Shown here: positions 17,745 through 27,377 of the stretch, one piece after another
Layout: each line of letters begins with the position of its first letter
How positions within the stretch are numbered: position 1 is the first letter of the stretch
Notes under the pieces: generated by a model
The model's input: the letters and a program-made list of their open reading frames with translations, nothing else
Databases searched by the model: none
What the model was told of the DNA's origin: nothing
Translations under genes and position numbers: made by a program
IMG/VR virus record: IMGVR_UViG_2563366732_000001
Location: 3,242 to 67,241 of that record
Source: a virus
Lineage: Duplodnaviria > Caudoviricetes
Strand: one strand, 5' to 3'
Length of the DNA: 64,000 bases

Positions 17745-18014
17745 ATGCTAAGTTTGCATCCAGAAATGGCGGGAAGTTTAAAAAGTTCATCACAATTATT
17801 AGTAAACTATAGGGATTATATATACAGAGAATATAATATAATTGACAATAAAATGAATAGTATAGATATTAATTGGAAAGGTGAGTCAAAGGAAGCGTTT
17901 AAAGCAAAATATGTGGAACTAAAGAGCGAAGTAAATGCAATAATTCTCTTAATAGACGAGCTATCAAAAAACGTAATAGAAGTAGCTTCAAGTATAGAAA
18001 AGACAGTTAAGTAA
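17745..18014 (+). CDS. WXG100-family (EsxA-like) type VII secretion substrate
   Basis: About 90-aa helical hairpin with central NWKGESKEAF. Confidence 0.8.
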   Translation: MLSLHPEMAGSLKSSSQLLVNYRDYIYREYNIIDNKMNSIDINWKGESKEAFKAKYVELKSEVNAIILLIDELSKNVIEVASSIEKTVK

Positions 18015-18041
18015 GAAAATAGATTAAGAGGAGAAAATTTA

Positions 18042-19178
18042 TTGAGCGATAAAATTTTAGTGAAATATAAAGTATTAGAGGATATCGGAGACAATATAAA
18101 TAGTTTAAATGATATAATAGGAAATGTTATCGCACAGATAAGAAAGCTAGGATATCAGTGGCAATTTGATGGATTAGATAGATTAGAACATCCAGAGATA
18201 AATAAATTAGAAGAAAATATAGATTCATTATTACATAAGGGTGGAAATACACCAGAAAAATTGAAAGAATTAGAAATGGATTTAAAGAGAGTAGTGCAAA
18301 AGTTTTATGATGCTGATTATCAGGGCGTAAATGTAAATATATCACCAGATGGAAGTAATATGTTTGGTCCAAAGGCACCATTACCAAATAATCCAAATGC
18401 AAAAATAAAGGAAGCAGAGCATACAGGCATAGTAAATGGTGAGAATAAGGTAAAAGGTGTATTGGAAAAAGGAGCGATATTAGGACCAGGATTATTAATG
18501 GCAAATGACTTTATATATGGAATAGCTAATAATGGAAGTACGTTGCTACGAGGAAAAGATTTAGATAATCAAGTTAAAACCGATATTGACAGGCAGGATG
18601 CATTTGTTTCAGAGGTGAAAGATGTTGGAGGACTGGATCTTGGCGGCGCGTTTAAAGCTGCTGATGGGGTAGTAAGTAGTACTGATTTATATGCTGAACT
18701 TAATAAAATAACAGATACTCAAGCAAGGTATGAATATTTATTAGATAAAGCAAAAACAATGGATGTTTCAACAGAAAAAAATGGAGCTATTTTTTATGCT
18801 GGAAGGATTGAATCCAAAAGTGGTATAGTAACGGCAAGAGAAATGGCTGAAAGCTACGCGGATAAGCTATGTAATGAAAAAGGAATTGTTAAACTTACAC
18901 TAGAAAGAACTACAGGGGGTAAGTGGATGGATAATTTTAAATTATATAATCAAACTGCAGATGGAGTTCCAAAGTATGAGGAGTTAGGATTAACACGCCA
19001 ACAAACAGATAAAATTTGGCGAACACTTTCTAGTAGATATGCTAATGGTACAAGCGGAGCGATAACAGCATTTGCTAAAAATGTACCAGATTTATGGAAA
19101 CCTAAAACTATATTTTGGAGCACTGAGTTACCACAGCTTAGAAGTAATTTAAATATTACACATATTAATATAAGGTAG
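18042..19178 (+). CDS. Polymorphic toxin: WXG/LXG-like N-terminus, putative Tne2/TelB-like NADase C-terminus
   Basis: Helical N-terminus with QWQFDG; C-terminal AIFYAG...TLERTTGGKW...IWRTLSSRYANGTSG.ITAF...IFWSTELPQL..N.NI; follows a WXG100 gene. Confidence 0.65.
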   Translation: MSDKILVKYKVLEDIGDNINSLNDIIGNVIAQIRKLGYQWQFDGLDRLEHPEINKLEENIDSLLHKGGNTPEKLKELEMDLKRVVQKFYDADYQGVNVNISPDGSNMFGPKAPLPNNPNAKIKEAEHTGIVNGENKVKGVLEKGAILGPGLLMANDFIYGIANNGSTLLRGKDLDNQVKTDIDRQDAFVSEVKDVGGLDLGGAFKAADGVVSSTDLYAELNKITDTQARYEYLLDKAKTMDVSTEKNGAIFYAGRIESKSGIVTAREMAESYADKLCNEKGIVKLTLERTTGGKWMDNFKLYNQTADGVPKYEELGLTRQQTDKIWRTLSSRYANGTSGAITAFAKNVPDLWKPKTIFWSTELPQLRSNLNITHINIR

Positions 19179-19186
19179 GTGATTTT

Positions 19187-19513
19187 ATGGGAAATGAATA
19201 TAAAGATAAATTTACTGTAGGAACGGATGGAATGGATAAATTAATATATGAAGATTTAAGCTGTAGAATAGATTTACCTGCTGCTGATGTGAGAGATATT
19301 TCTATATGGATATCAATTGGTAAGGTAATAAGCAAAAATGGTAGTAATATTGTTAAACTAACAGAAAAACAAAGACTACAGGTATATAAGCGTGTATCAG
19401 CTGTCATCAGAATAGAAGGACATGATGGAATATATACAGATGAATTTAAATTTATAGAGGAAGATATAGATAATATAGATTATTCTAAAAGTATATTATC
19501 TATAGAAGGATAG
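19187..19513 (+). CDS. Putative immunity protein
   Basis: Small acidic ORF directly downstream of the toxin. Confidence 0.6.
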   Translation: MGNEYKDKFTVGTDGMDKLIYEDLSCRIDLPAADVRDISIWISIGKVISKNGSNIVKLTEKQRLQVYKRVSAVIRIEGHDGIYTDEFKFIEEDIDNIDYSKSILSIEG

Positions 19514-19522
19514 GGGATTAAG

Positions 19523-20077
19523 ATGGTAATAATAAATGATAAAAATAATAAAAAGATTAGCATCAAAATGGGCTGGAAACATTTAAGCTATATTCAAGGT
19601 GATGAAAAAATAGTTTTTAACATTGAACCTATGGTTGGAGAAGCAGATATTATATATATTCCAAATGATGAAATATGGAGTGAAAGCCAAATAAATTGGG
19701 CAAGGGAAAGTAAAAAAGAAATTTTAAGAGATATAAACACTATAGATTGGAATCGAGACATAGTATTAAATGAATGTGATATAGCTTTAAAATGTATGCC
19801 AATTGATAATGATGAGATTGAAGAAGGCACGATGGAATCAACAGAAGCAGCTAAGGAATTTGGAAGTCTTTATTTGTTTGATCCAGATAAAAAAGTACAA
19901 AAAGAACAAGTACATGAACTATGGTGTACTTTAGAACAGAGATTTGCAGAACAAGCACAAGGGAAAGTAACTGTATATGCAAATGCTATAATAGAAAATA
20001 GTGTTTTTAATAAGATATCAATTGAAACATTATTAAAAAATGATAATGTAGTATTAAATATAGTTGGAAATAAATAA
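19523..20077 (+). CDS. Putative immunity protein with a C-terminal toxin-like domain
   Basis: C-terminal LWCTLEQRFAEQAQGKVTVYA...SVFNKISIETLLKNDNV aligns with the C-terminus of the toxin. Confidence 0.6.
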   Translation: MVIINDKNNKKISIKMGWKHLSYIQGDEKIVFNIEPMVGEADIIYIPNDEIWSESQINWARESKKEILRDINTIDWNRDIVLNECDIALKCMPIDNDEIEEGTMESTEAAKEFGSLYLFDPDKKVQKEQVHELWCTLEQRFAEQAQGKVTVYANAIIENSVFNKISIETLLKNDNVVLNIVGNK

Positions 20078-20239
20078 TAATATAAAAAAACGCAGACTAA
20101 CATTGGATGTGTATTACTTTGTTAGCTTTCGTTAGGAATTTCATTCAAGAATAATGGACTTAAAATGTAAATTAGAATATTATATATTTTTACATAGATA
20201 TAATATTCACCAGTAAAATCAGGATTATTAAAGGAAAGC

Positions 20240-20588
20240 GTGGTTGAAATATGTACTAATTGCTGGAGGAAATCAAGTACATTGTTCATGGTAGGAGTTG
20301 AATCCAAAATGGTTTGGAAAATAGAATGTGATTGTAATGAACGAGTTGGAATAAAAATTGAATCTATAAAATTGTTTGGAGAATTAAAAGAATTTTTTGA
20401 CACACAAGTTGAGAGAGGAATATTTAAAGATGAAGAGGTTACGGAGACATTTTATATTTGGAAAGGCGATGGAGAAGAAAAAAAAATGGTATGCTACAAA
20501 GTGGTATAAATGTCTACAATGTGGATGTTTATGGGAGTTTGATAAAGATATTTATTATGCAAAAGCTGAGGAAAATAAAAGATGGTAA
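20240..20588 (+). pseudogene. Frameshifted Cys-containing hypothetical gene (orphan immunity-like)
   Basis: CDCNERVGI...FYIWKG in one frame continues as WYATKWYKCLQCGCLWEF in another frame across an A-run near 20478-20487. Confidence 0.45.
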
Positions 20589-20854
20589 CAGTAGAGTTAA
20601 TTAATAAATTAAGTGAAGCTTCAAAATATTTAAGCAATAATGATAAAACTTTAGAAGGTAATGAATTAGAAAGTTTATCAAAACAACTCCAAGAGGTAAA
20701 TGGTAGTAAAGAAAAATTAGAAGAAATAAAGAAAAATATTATAATTAGATGTGACGTAAGATGGTTGGGAGATATATACATTAAAGAAATGGGAAGCCCA
20801 TATAAATGGTGGAACTTTTTGGGCAATGTAAAGGCACTTGCAGAAAAACTTTAA
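20582..20854 (+). CDS. Hypothetical protein (orphan immunity-like)
   Basis: 90-aa ORF with RWLGDIYI...WWNFL. Confidence 0.55.
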   Translation: MVTVELINKLSEASKYLSNNDKTLEGNELESLSKQLQEVNGSKEKLEEIKKNIIIRCDVRWLGDIYIKEMGSPYKWWNFLGNVKALAEKL

Positions 20855-21153
20855 ATATTAAAGGTATCAATAATCTTTAGAAATAACAACCTTAAAAATA
20901 AGAGCTCACTACATAATTAGTGTTCTGCGCTGAGCGAGTGGTTTCTTGTTAAAAAATATACTCTAAAAACATCAAACAGTTATTAAAATAAATGTCAGCA
21001 GGAATGAAAATACTGGTTGGTTCTATTTTTTTACATAACAAATAACGTATCTTGGGCACGTACTTCTGGATGGGCATTGTAAAATTTGTCTTTTTAGATT
21101 ATTAGCTTATGTAATAAAAATATTCATTTAAAGAAATGGTGGGAAAAGTAAAA

Positions 21154-21172
21154 TTGCCACCATTTTGCCACC
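21154..21172 (+). repeat. TTGCCACC direct repeat, candidate tyrosine-integrase arm sites
   Basis: Copies at 21154-21161 and 21165-21172. Confidence 0.5.
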
Positions 21173-21304
21173 GCATCAATAAAATTTCTGTTTTTACATA
21201 CTTTTATTGATAGGTACATTAAAATACTGTGAGCCTTGTAATATCAATACTTTAAGTATATTTATTTTTAAATTATTTTATACAATTATACAACTTATTT
21301 CAAA

Positions 21305-21320
21305 TACAGAACTCGGCTTA
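21305..21320 (+). other. RNase P RNA (rnpB) 3'-end-like fragment, candidate att core
   Basis: TACAGAACTCGGCTTA matches the conserved ACAGAAnnCGGCTTA 3' motif of type A RNase P RNA; no full gene is present. Confidence 0.45.
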
Positions 21321-21348
21321 ATATGTATATGGATTATTAACACATTAA

Positions 21349-21798
21349 CTATAAAAATTTTTTAAATATATCAAAGTGATTTCTATCAATTATAGATCCA
21401 TTTTCCCAGTTTCGAATAGATCTATAATTGATTCCAGTAACTTTTCCAGCTTGCCAAAATGTTAAGTTATTATTTAATCTCCAATTTTTAATCTTTTCAG
21501 TAAAATTGTTAAATATAAATTTATAATAATCATCACAAAAGTATTCTAGAGGCTTTTCTAATGTTTGAGATACGCAAATTAATATATCAGGAGAGGGATA
21601 ACATTTATTTGATTCATAGTCCTCAACTGTGGAATACGATATATTTAATGATGTAGCTAAATCCTTTTGAGTATATCCTTTTGATAACCTTGCTTTTTCT
21701 ATTCTATTTCCAATTGTGGCTTCACTTAAATTTTTATACGATTCTTTAAAAAAATTAAATGATAATTTTTGTGTAATTGTTGCACTTTGGTGGTTCAA
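21349..21798 (-). CDS. Tandem XRE HTH protein next to a recombination junction
   Basis: Two HTH units: IGNRIEKARLSKGYTQKDLA and KIKNWRLNNNLTFWQAGKVTG. Confidence 0.8.
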   Translation of the reverse strand: MNHQSATITQKLSFNFFKESYKNLSEATIGNRIEKARLSKGYTQKDLATSLNISYSTVEDYESNKCYPSPDILICVSQTLEKPLEYFCDDYYKFIFNNFTEKIKNWRLNNNLTFWQAGKVTGINYRSIRNWENGSIIDRNHFDIFKKFL

Positions 21799-22769
21799 GC
21801 TTCTGTATGACCTACAAAAAGGCCACCTTTTTCACCAGCACAAAACAGGTTATCAATGCCTTGTACTTTCATATCATCAGCTCTTGGTGCAACAGATAGG
21901 TATCTTATAGAATTCCCTTTTCCTCCAGCATAAGGATCAATAAATTTAGCTTTTTCAAGTCCTGGAATCTTCCTGAGTTTTTGTAGTGGATAAAATGTGG
22001 TCATGAGTTTTGCATGTCCGGTATCAAGGAGGACGACGTTTTCAGCAAATTCCTTTAAGGCATATTGCTGGCAAACCTTTAATTTAAGTTTATCCATATT
22101 TATGTCTTCCTCGGGTATTTTAAGAATCACCACACCTTTTTCATCTAATTCCTGTACTATATCATCACTTAAAGTATCCTTGGAAAGTTTGCATGAACCA
22201 CTAAAAGCACCAAGCTCGCCATCATCTCTTTCTCCTTGCAGATCATCTACCCCAGCCCGACTGCTAATGCTAACTCTTGGTCCAAAGGATGGACAGCGTA
22301 ATATACACATTGAACAACCATTCCCATAACGCAAACAATTGCCCATTGGTCCAGTGGAGCCTGTAGTCTCAATAAAGACATCGCCACTGACATAAGTACC
22401 ATCTGAAAGGTATATTCCATCTATTATATTTTCGTGCTTTTTTATATCAATAACTCTTTTAATTAAATTAATGGATATGCCTAAGCTTTTAATATAATTA
22501 TGAATATCGGGTTCGATTTTATTAACATCGTACAGTGAGGCATGTTTATGACCAGGAAAATCAACATTTTTATGTCTTGAATTTTTATCAATAATTTTTA
22601 TAAGTTCACCTGCACCTAATGCAGAAATTTCTTCTGTTGCAGTAAATCTACCGTTATTTCTCATTATACCACCAACATTTCCAAGTCCCAGAAGCATGTC
22701 AGTCTTTTCAAAAAGTTCCACATCTGCTCCAGCATTATGGGCAGCAATACTAGCAGCACAACCTAGCCA
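21795..22769 (-). pseudogene. Internal fragment of a GidA/MnmG-like FAD-dependent oxidoreductase, cut at both ends
   Basis: Frame is open upstream of the ORF call and reads WLGCAASIAAHNAGADVELFEKTDMLLGLG, but the GxG start of the Rossmann motif is missing. It ends abruptly at LFCAGEKGGLFVGHTEA*. Confidence 0.8.
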
Positions 22770-22786
22770 ATTTAAATAGCTGTAAT

Positions 22787-24319
22787 TTAATGCATGGCTA
22801 ATTCAATGTTGACCAAGCCATTTTCCGAATCCCATACCGCTTCTTTTATTATATTTTTTATATAATGTCTTCTTTCTTCAATAGTAGTATTAGCATCTAG
22901 GAATCTATCAATTTGTTGTTTAAGTAAATTTTGATTGTTTTCATCTTGTTTTTCAAATAAACGCTCTCTTTCTAAATATAATAATTCCTCCTTCAAGAGA
23001 TTATTCATTTGAGTTAAATCATCTATCTTTTTTGTAACTAGAATTGACGAATCATTGGATAATACCATTAGTTTATCGATTAGATTATTTATAGATTTAT
23101 TGTTAGTTTCTATTTTTTTATTTATATTTTTAAACTCTGAATTCACTGATCTAACATTTTTGGTTTTTTTCATAAATTCATTAAAATATTTTTCATCAGT
23201 AAATTTTTCAAGATAATCAAATATTGCTTTTTCAGCGATATCAACTCTTAAAAATTTACTATATGAACAACTTTTTCTTCCTTCTTTGCCTTGACATCTA
23301 AAATAATATACTCTTATATTATCTTTATTAGGACGTCCGGCAGAAACACTCATTGTATTTCCACATTTGCATTTAACAAGCGTTGAAAGCCAAGTAAATT
23401 GACTTACACGTGGGTGAGGCTCCATTTCTTTCTCTTTAAATTTTTCTTGAACCCTAAGCCATAAATCTAAATTTATCAATGCTTTATGTTTAGAAACACC
23501 AACTAATTTATTTTCGCCATTCCATAACTTCATACCATTTTTTAACGGTCTACGATTGTATGGTAAAAAACCATGACTATTGGGTTCACCAAAAACCTCA
23601 TATCCTTGGTTTTTTAAATAAGCAACAGATTCTTTTGAGGACAGTAAATAGGTAGGATTATTTAATATATTTTGGATAGTTGTAATTGGGTAATTGAAGC
23701 CTTTTTGCTTAAAATATTTAGTTATTTTATATAATGAATACCCATCAGCATATTTTTCAAACATTTCTTTAACATTTACACAATCATCTCTTATTTTTAG
23801 ATATGTGATTTGTTTACCATTATCCAAAACTTTTTCAGTAGTATATCCTGTCGGAGGAGTCCCACCAGACCACCTTCCAAATTTCGCTAATTCCTTCATA
23901 TTATCCTTAACCCTTTGAGCGATATTCATTCTTTCCATCTCAGCAAAGGAGGCTAATAACATCATCATCATTTTTCCTATTGGTGTACTTGGGTCGAACC
24001 CTTCGGTAATAGACACAAGTTTTACATCCATTTTTTCTAATTTATCATATGTATTAACAAAATCAACAATATTTCTAGCAATTCTATCTATCTTATAAAC
24101 TACAACAGCATCAAACTGCTTTATCTTAACAAGTTCCATCATTCTTTTGAATGAAGGACGATTTATATTTCCACCTGAAAAGCCCTCATCTTCAAATATT
24201 TCAAATTTACAATTTTTATTTTGTCTATTAAAATATTCTTTACATAATGTGATTTGATTTTTTATACTTTCACCTTTATCAGTTTCAATTGATTTCCTTG
24301 AATAAATAGCAACCTGCAT
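22787..24319 (-). CDS. Large serine recombinase (phage integrase)
   Basis: VAIYSRKS catalytic motif, FEDEGFSGGNINRPSF, DRIARN, recombinase domain and zinc ribbon (KCKCG, YFRC). Confidence 0.95.
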   Translation of the reverse strand: MQVAIYSRKSIETDKGESIKNQITLCKEYFNRQNKNCKFEIFEDEGFSGGNINRPSFKRMMELVKIKQFDAVVVYKIDRIARNIVDFVNTYDKLEKMDVKLVSITEGFDPSTPIGKMMMMLLASFAEMERMNIAQRVKDNMKELAKFGRWSGGTPPTGYTTEKVLDNGKQITYLKIRDDCVNVKEMFEKYADGYSLYKITKYFKQKGFNYPITTIQNILNNPTYLLSSKESVAYLKNQGYEVFGEPNSHGFLPYNRRPLKNGMKLWNGENKLVGVSKHKALINLDLWLRVQEKFKEKEMEPHPRVSQFTWLSTLVKCKCGNTMSVSAGRPNKDNIRVYYFRCQGKEGRKSCSYSKFLRVDIAEKAIFDYLEKFTDEKYFNEFMKKTKNVRSVNSEFKNINKKIETNNKSINNLIDKLMVLSNDSSILVTKKIDDLTQMNNLLKEELLYLERERLFEKQDENNQNLLKQQIDRFLDANTTIEERRHYIKNIIKEAVWDSENGLVNIELAMH

Positions 24320-24693
24320 TATTTATCACCTTTTTTATTTTTTTTTAATTTAAAAGCAATCTGGGCGTTTACGGCGTCAAAAATCATATCGTATGTTTCT
24401 TTATCTATATTATTATCAGTAATGATTTTTTCATCAATTAAAGAAGTAATAAAATCATCAATTAGATTAGCTTTAATTTTCCCATTTAAATTTTTTTCTT
24501 CGCTTCTTCCATTTAAAAAATCCAATGAAACATTAAAAAAGTTGGCAATCTTATTTACAACATCAGATGAGCCACCTCTTTTCCCTATTTCAATCATTCT
24601 TATTGTGGATGCAGAAACTCCGATTTTTTTCGCCAATCCTTCTTGAGTTAAATTTGATTGTAGTCTTAAAGATTTTAAAATATTACCATTCAT
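24319..24693 (-). CDS. CI-like XRE repressor
   Basis: LKSLRLQSNLTQEGLAKKIGVSASTIRMIEIGKR; divergent from the Cro-like gene. Confidence 0.9.
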   Translation of the reverse strand: MNGNILKSLRLQSNLTQEGLAKKIGVSASTIRMIEIGKRGGSSDVVNKIANFFNVSLDFLNGRSEEKNLNGKIKANLIDDFITSLIDEKIITDNNIDKETYDMIFDAVNAQIAFKLKKNKKGDK

Positions 24694-24733
24694 TTTAATT
24701 CCTCCAAATGTTATTTACTATTATTATAATAAT

Positions 24734-24893
24734 AGCACAGTTCGTGCGTAAATCAAGCGAACGTATGTGCTTAGTGTAGAAAATTTGTTCTACACTAAGC
24801 TACATAACAACGGTTTCATCACATCACGAAATGTGATTAAATTTGACATAATATTGGGCAATATAAGAGTTTAAGTATAGCACGGTTCGTGCT
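24734..24893. promoter_or_regulatory. Lysis-lysogeny switch region with palindromic operators
   Basis: AGCACG-GTT-CGTGCT (24879-24893), AGCACA-GTT-CGTGCG (24734-24748), ATCACG-AAA-TGTGAT (24823-24837); TTGACA at 24843. Confidence 0.7.
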
Positions 24894-24922
24894 GTAATTT
24901 GTATATGGAAGCGAGGTGGAAA

Positions 24923-25156
24923 ATGACTTTTAAAGATTTAAGAATTAAGTCAGGACTAACAGAAAATACAGCAGCTAAAAAACTTGGTATAAAAGAAGCA
25001 ACTTATCGTAAATATGAATATTCTATGAGGTTGCCAGGTAAATTAATACTATTACAAATGAAAGAAGTTTTCAAGTGTACAGGAGATGAATTATTAGATG
25101 CATTTAATTGTCACAAGGAGGTGCAAATAAAGAGATATGGAAAAACAAACCCTTGA
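24923..25156 (+). CDS. Cro-like HTH protein
   Basis: MTFKDLRIKSGLTENTAAKKLGIKEATYRKYE; RBS GAGGTGG. Confidence 0.85.
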   Translation: MTFKDLRIKSGLTENTAAKKLGIKEATYRKYEYSMRLPGKLILLQMKEVFKCTGDELLDAFNCHKEVQIKRYGKTNP

Positions 25157-25283
25157 AAATAATTTATATGAAAATTTAAAAAAGTTTTCTATAGAAGATG
25201 TACAAGCTATTATTGAAAAATCTAAACAAGAAATAAAGGAACGTATTACCGTTCAGAAGCATATTATAAATAAAAATTCATAA
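25137..25283 (+). CDS. Small phage protein (48 aa)
   Basis: RBS AAGGAGG; MEKQTLENNLYENLKK... Confidence 0.5.
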   Translation: MEKQTLENNLYENLKKFSIEDVQAIIEKSKQEIKERITVQKHIINKNS

Positions 25284-25298
25284 CGTGGGGAGTTATTT

Positions 25299-25442
25299 AT
25301 GGGAAAAAAGAAGACAAGAGAATTGAAAGTGGTGATTATCAATCCCGAAGCAATTGAAGGAGCTAGAAAGAAGGCAACTGAAATAGCGGTTGAATTGTAT
25401 ATGAAAGCTATTAGGGACGGAAGAATAAAACCAATAAATTAA
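25299..25442 (+). CDS. Small phage protein (47 aa)
   Basis: RBS GGGGAG; MGKKKTRELKVVIINPEAIE... Confidence 0.6.
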   Translation: MGKKKTRELKVVIINPEAIEGARKKATEIAVELYMKAIRDGRIKPIN

Positions 25443-25550
25443 TCAGAAATCGGATTAGAAAATGAGTAACAATAATCACTTCTAACAAATATCGTATCTA
25501 ACGTAGGACAAGCACTTGAAGAAATAAAAAAGACTAAGGAGAGAAAAATA

Positions 25551-25703
25551 ATGGTAAACAGTAAGAAAGAACTAACGTTTGTGGTAACAAAACAGCCAAG
25601 CCAAGATGCCATGAAGTTTTTAGCTAATTTTGTGTATCGAATGTGTTTGGAGGGTAAGATCAAAACACTTCAAGAAAATAAGCAAGAGGAGAAAGCGTCT
25701 TAA
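25551..25703 (+). CDS. Small phage protein (50 aa)
   Basis: RBS AAGGAG; MVNSKKELTFVVTKQPSQDA... Confidence 0.55.
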   Translation: MVNSKKELTFVVTKQPSQDAMKFLANFVYRMCLEGKIKTLQENKQEEKAS

Positions 25704-25737
25704 TAGTTACGAGGTTATTATAGGCAATAAGGAAGTG

Positions 25738-26748
25738 ATGAAAATAAAATTTAATGATATAAAAGTTAATTCTGAATTTAAGCATTTGTTGCCACCACTT
25801 GGAGAGGAACAGAAAGTAGAACTAGAAAAAGACATTATAAAAAATGGCTGCTTAAATCCATTGATGGTTTGGCAAAACATATTAATAGATGGGCATCACA
25901 GATATGAAATTTGTACTAGAAATAATATACCATTCGACCTTACAGAAATGGAGTTTAAGGACAAGCTAGAAGCTATGGAGTGGGCTTGGAGTAATCAGAA
26001 GAATAGAAGGAATTTAAATAAGTATGAATTGGCTGAAATAGCTTTGAAATTTAAACCAGTAATAGAAGCTAAAGCAAAAGAAAATTTATCACTAGTAGGT
26101 GGAGATAAAAAGAGTGAAAATGCAAAATCACCTTTGATGAATCCACCAAAGGTGATAGAAAAGCCAATAAATACAAGAAAAGAATTATCTCAGATATCAG
26201 GGGTATCAGAAGATACTATTTATAAAGTAGAAGTTATAAAAGAGCAGGGAACGGAGGAAATAAAGAAACAAGCTGCAGCGGGAGAATTAACAATTAATAA
26301 TGCTTATGTATTAACTAGATCAGCAACAGAAGCTAAGAAGAAAAATGAAGAACTTGAAAATGAATACCAGGAAGAGGCTGAAAGAGAAAAAATTGAATTA
26401 GAGGAAAAACAAAAGCAAGAAGAGCTTCAACAATCATTACCTGGAAACGCAGTTGTTCTTGAAAAATTCAGGAAGCCAAAAGAAACTCATATTTTTGGTA
26501 TTGATGATTTTAATAACTTAACTGAGAAACAATCTAAAGATTGCTTGGATCACACAAAGAAGTATCAAAACACAATATCTAAAGTAGCAGAATTACACAT
26601 AGATAATGAATCGCTAATGGCTTGGAATTGTGTTTTGGAAAATCAAACAGAAGTTTCTCTTGAATTAAGCACTATACAAGTTGCAATACAAAATCTAATA
26701 GCAATACAAAATTATTTTAAGGGGGTGGAGAAAAATGAGCAGATATAG
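25738..26748 (+). CDS. ParB/Srx-like N-terminal domain protein
   Basis: EFKHLLPPL...LEKDIIKNGCLNPLMVWQNILIDGHHRYEIC; central HTH-like TRKELSQISGVSEDTIYK. Confidence 0.75.
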   Translation: MKIKFNDIKVNSEFKHLLPPLGEEQKVELEKDIIKNGCLNPLMVWQNILIDGHHRYEICTRNNIPFDLTEMEFKDKLEAMEWAWSNQKNRRNLNKYELAEIALKFKPVIEAKAKENLSLVGGDKKSENAKSPLMNPPKVIEKPINTRKELSQISGVSEDTIYKVEVIKEQGTEEIKKQAAAGELTINNAYVLTRSATEAKKKNEELENEYQEEAEREKIELEEKQKQEELQQSLPGNAVVLEKFRKPKETHIFGIDDFNNLTEKQSKDCLDHTKKYQNTISKVAELHIDNESLMAWNCVLENQTEVSLELSTIQVAIQNLIAIQNYFKGVEKNEQI

Positions 26749-27136
26749 CGGTCTTGAAAAAAAGGCAAGAGAAACAATCATTACGCAAATGGATGACATT
26801 GGAGAGATTACAACAGAAGAACTTATGGAGATTATAAGACCATACTATATGTTTGATATACGTAAGCTTAGAAATCAAGCCTTACGAAGAACAGCTAATA
26901 GTCTTATGAGGAATAACAAAGATGATAAAGGCATTAGAACTTGTTTCAGCTGCAAAAACAAAGAAGGAAAATCAACTTATATAAATATAGACACTACAAA
27001 AGATTTAAAGGCTCTTGAAAAAATTGAATTGCAGTTAGTAAAAAAATACAAAGGACTAAATGCATCCAAGAAAAAAGTTAAGCTGAGAATGGAAGCATTA
27101 TCAGATCAAATAAAGATTAATGAGGAGGCTATATAA
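26735..27136 (+). CDS. Phage hypothetical protein
   Basis: Overlaps the ParB-like gene, suggesting translational coupling. Confidence 0.7.
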   Translation: MSRYSGLEKKARETIITQMDDIGEITTEELMEIIRPYYMFDIRKLRNQALRRTANSLMRNNKDDKGIRTCFSCKNKEGKSTYINIDTTKDLKALEKIELQLVKKYKGLNASKKKVKLRMEALSDQIKINEEAI

Positions 27137-27358
27137 ATGAACCGAGATAAAGTATTGGGTTATGTATCAGCATTGATAGATGGTTATGTAAATAAGGAAG
27201 AAAGAGCAAGAAAATCATCCGAGAAAAGAAATTTATTAATAATTATAGAGGATTTAAATAATTTAAAGGGATTTATAGAAGAAGCTGCTCTTGAGGGACA
27301 AACTCAAGAACAACCAAGAAAATTTATACCTGAAGATAGTAATGGAAAACATTATTAA
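27137..27358 (+). CDS. Phage hypothetical protein
   Basis: RBS GAGGAGG. Confidence 0.65.
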   Translation: MNRDKVLGYVSALIDGYVNKEERARKSSEKRNLLIIIEDLNNLKGFIEEAALEGQTQEQPRKFIPEDSNGKHY

Positions 27359-27377
27359 GATAGTGAAAAATGTACAT

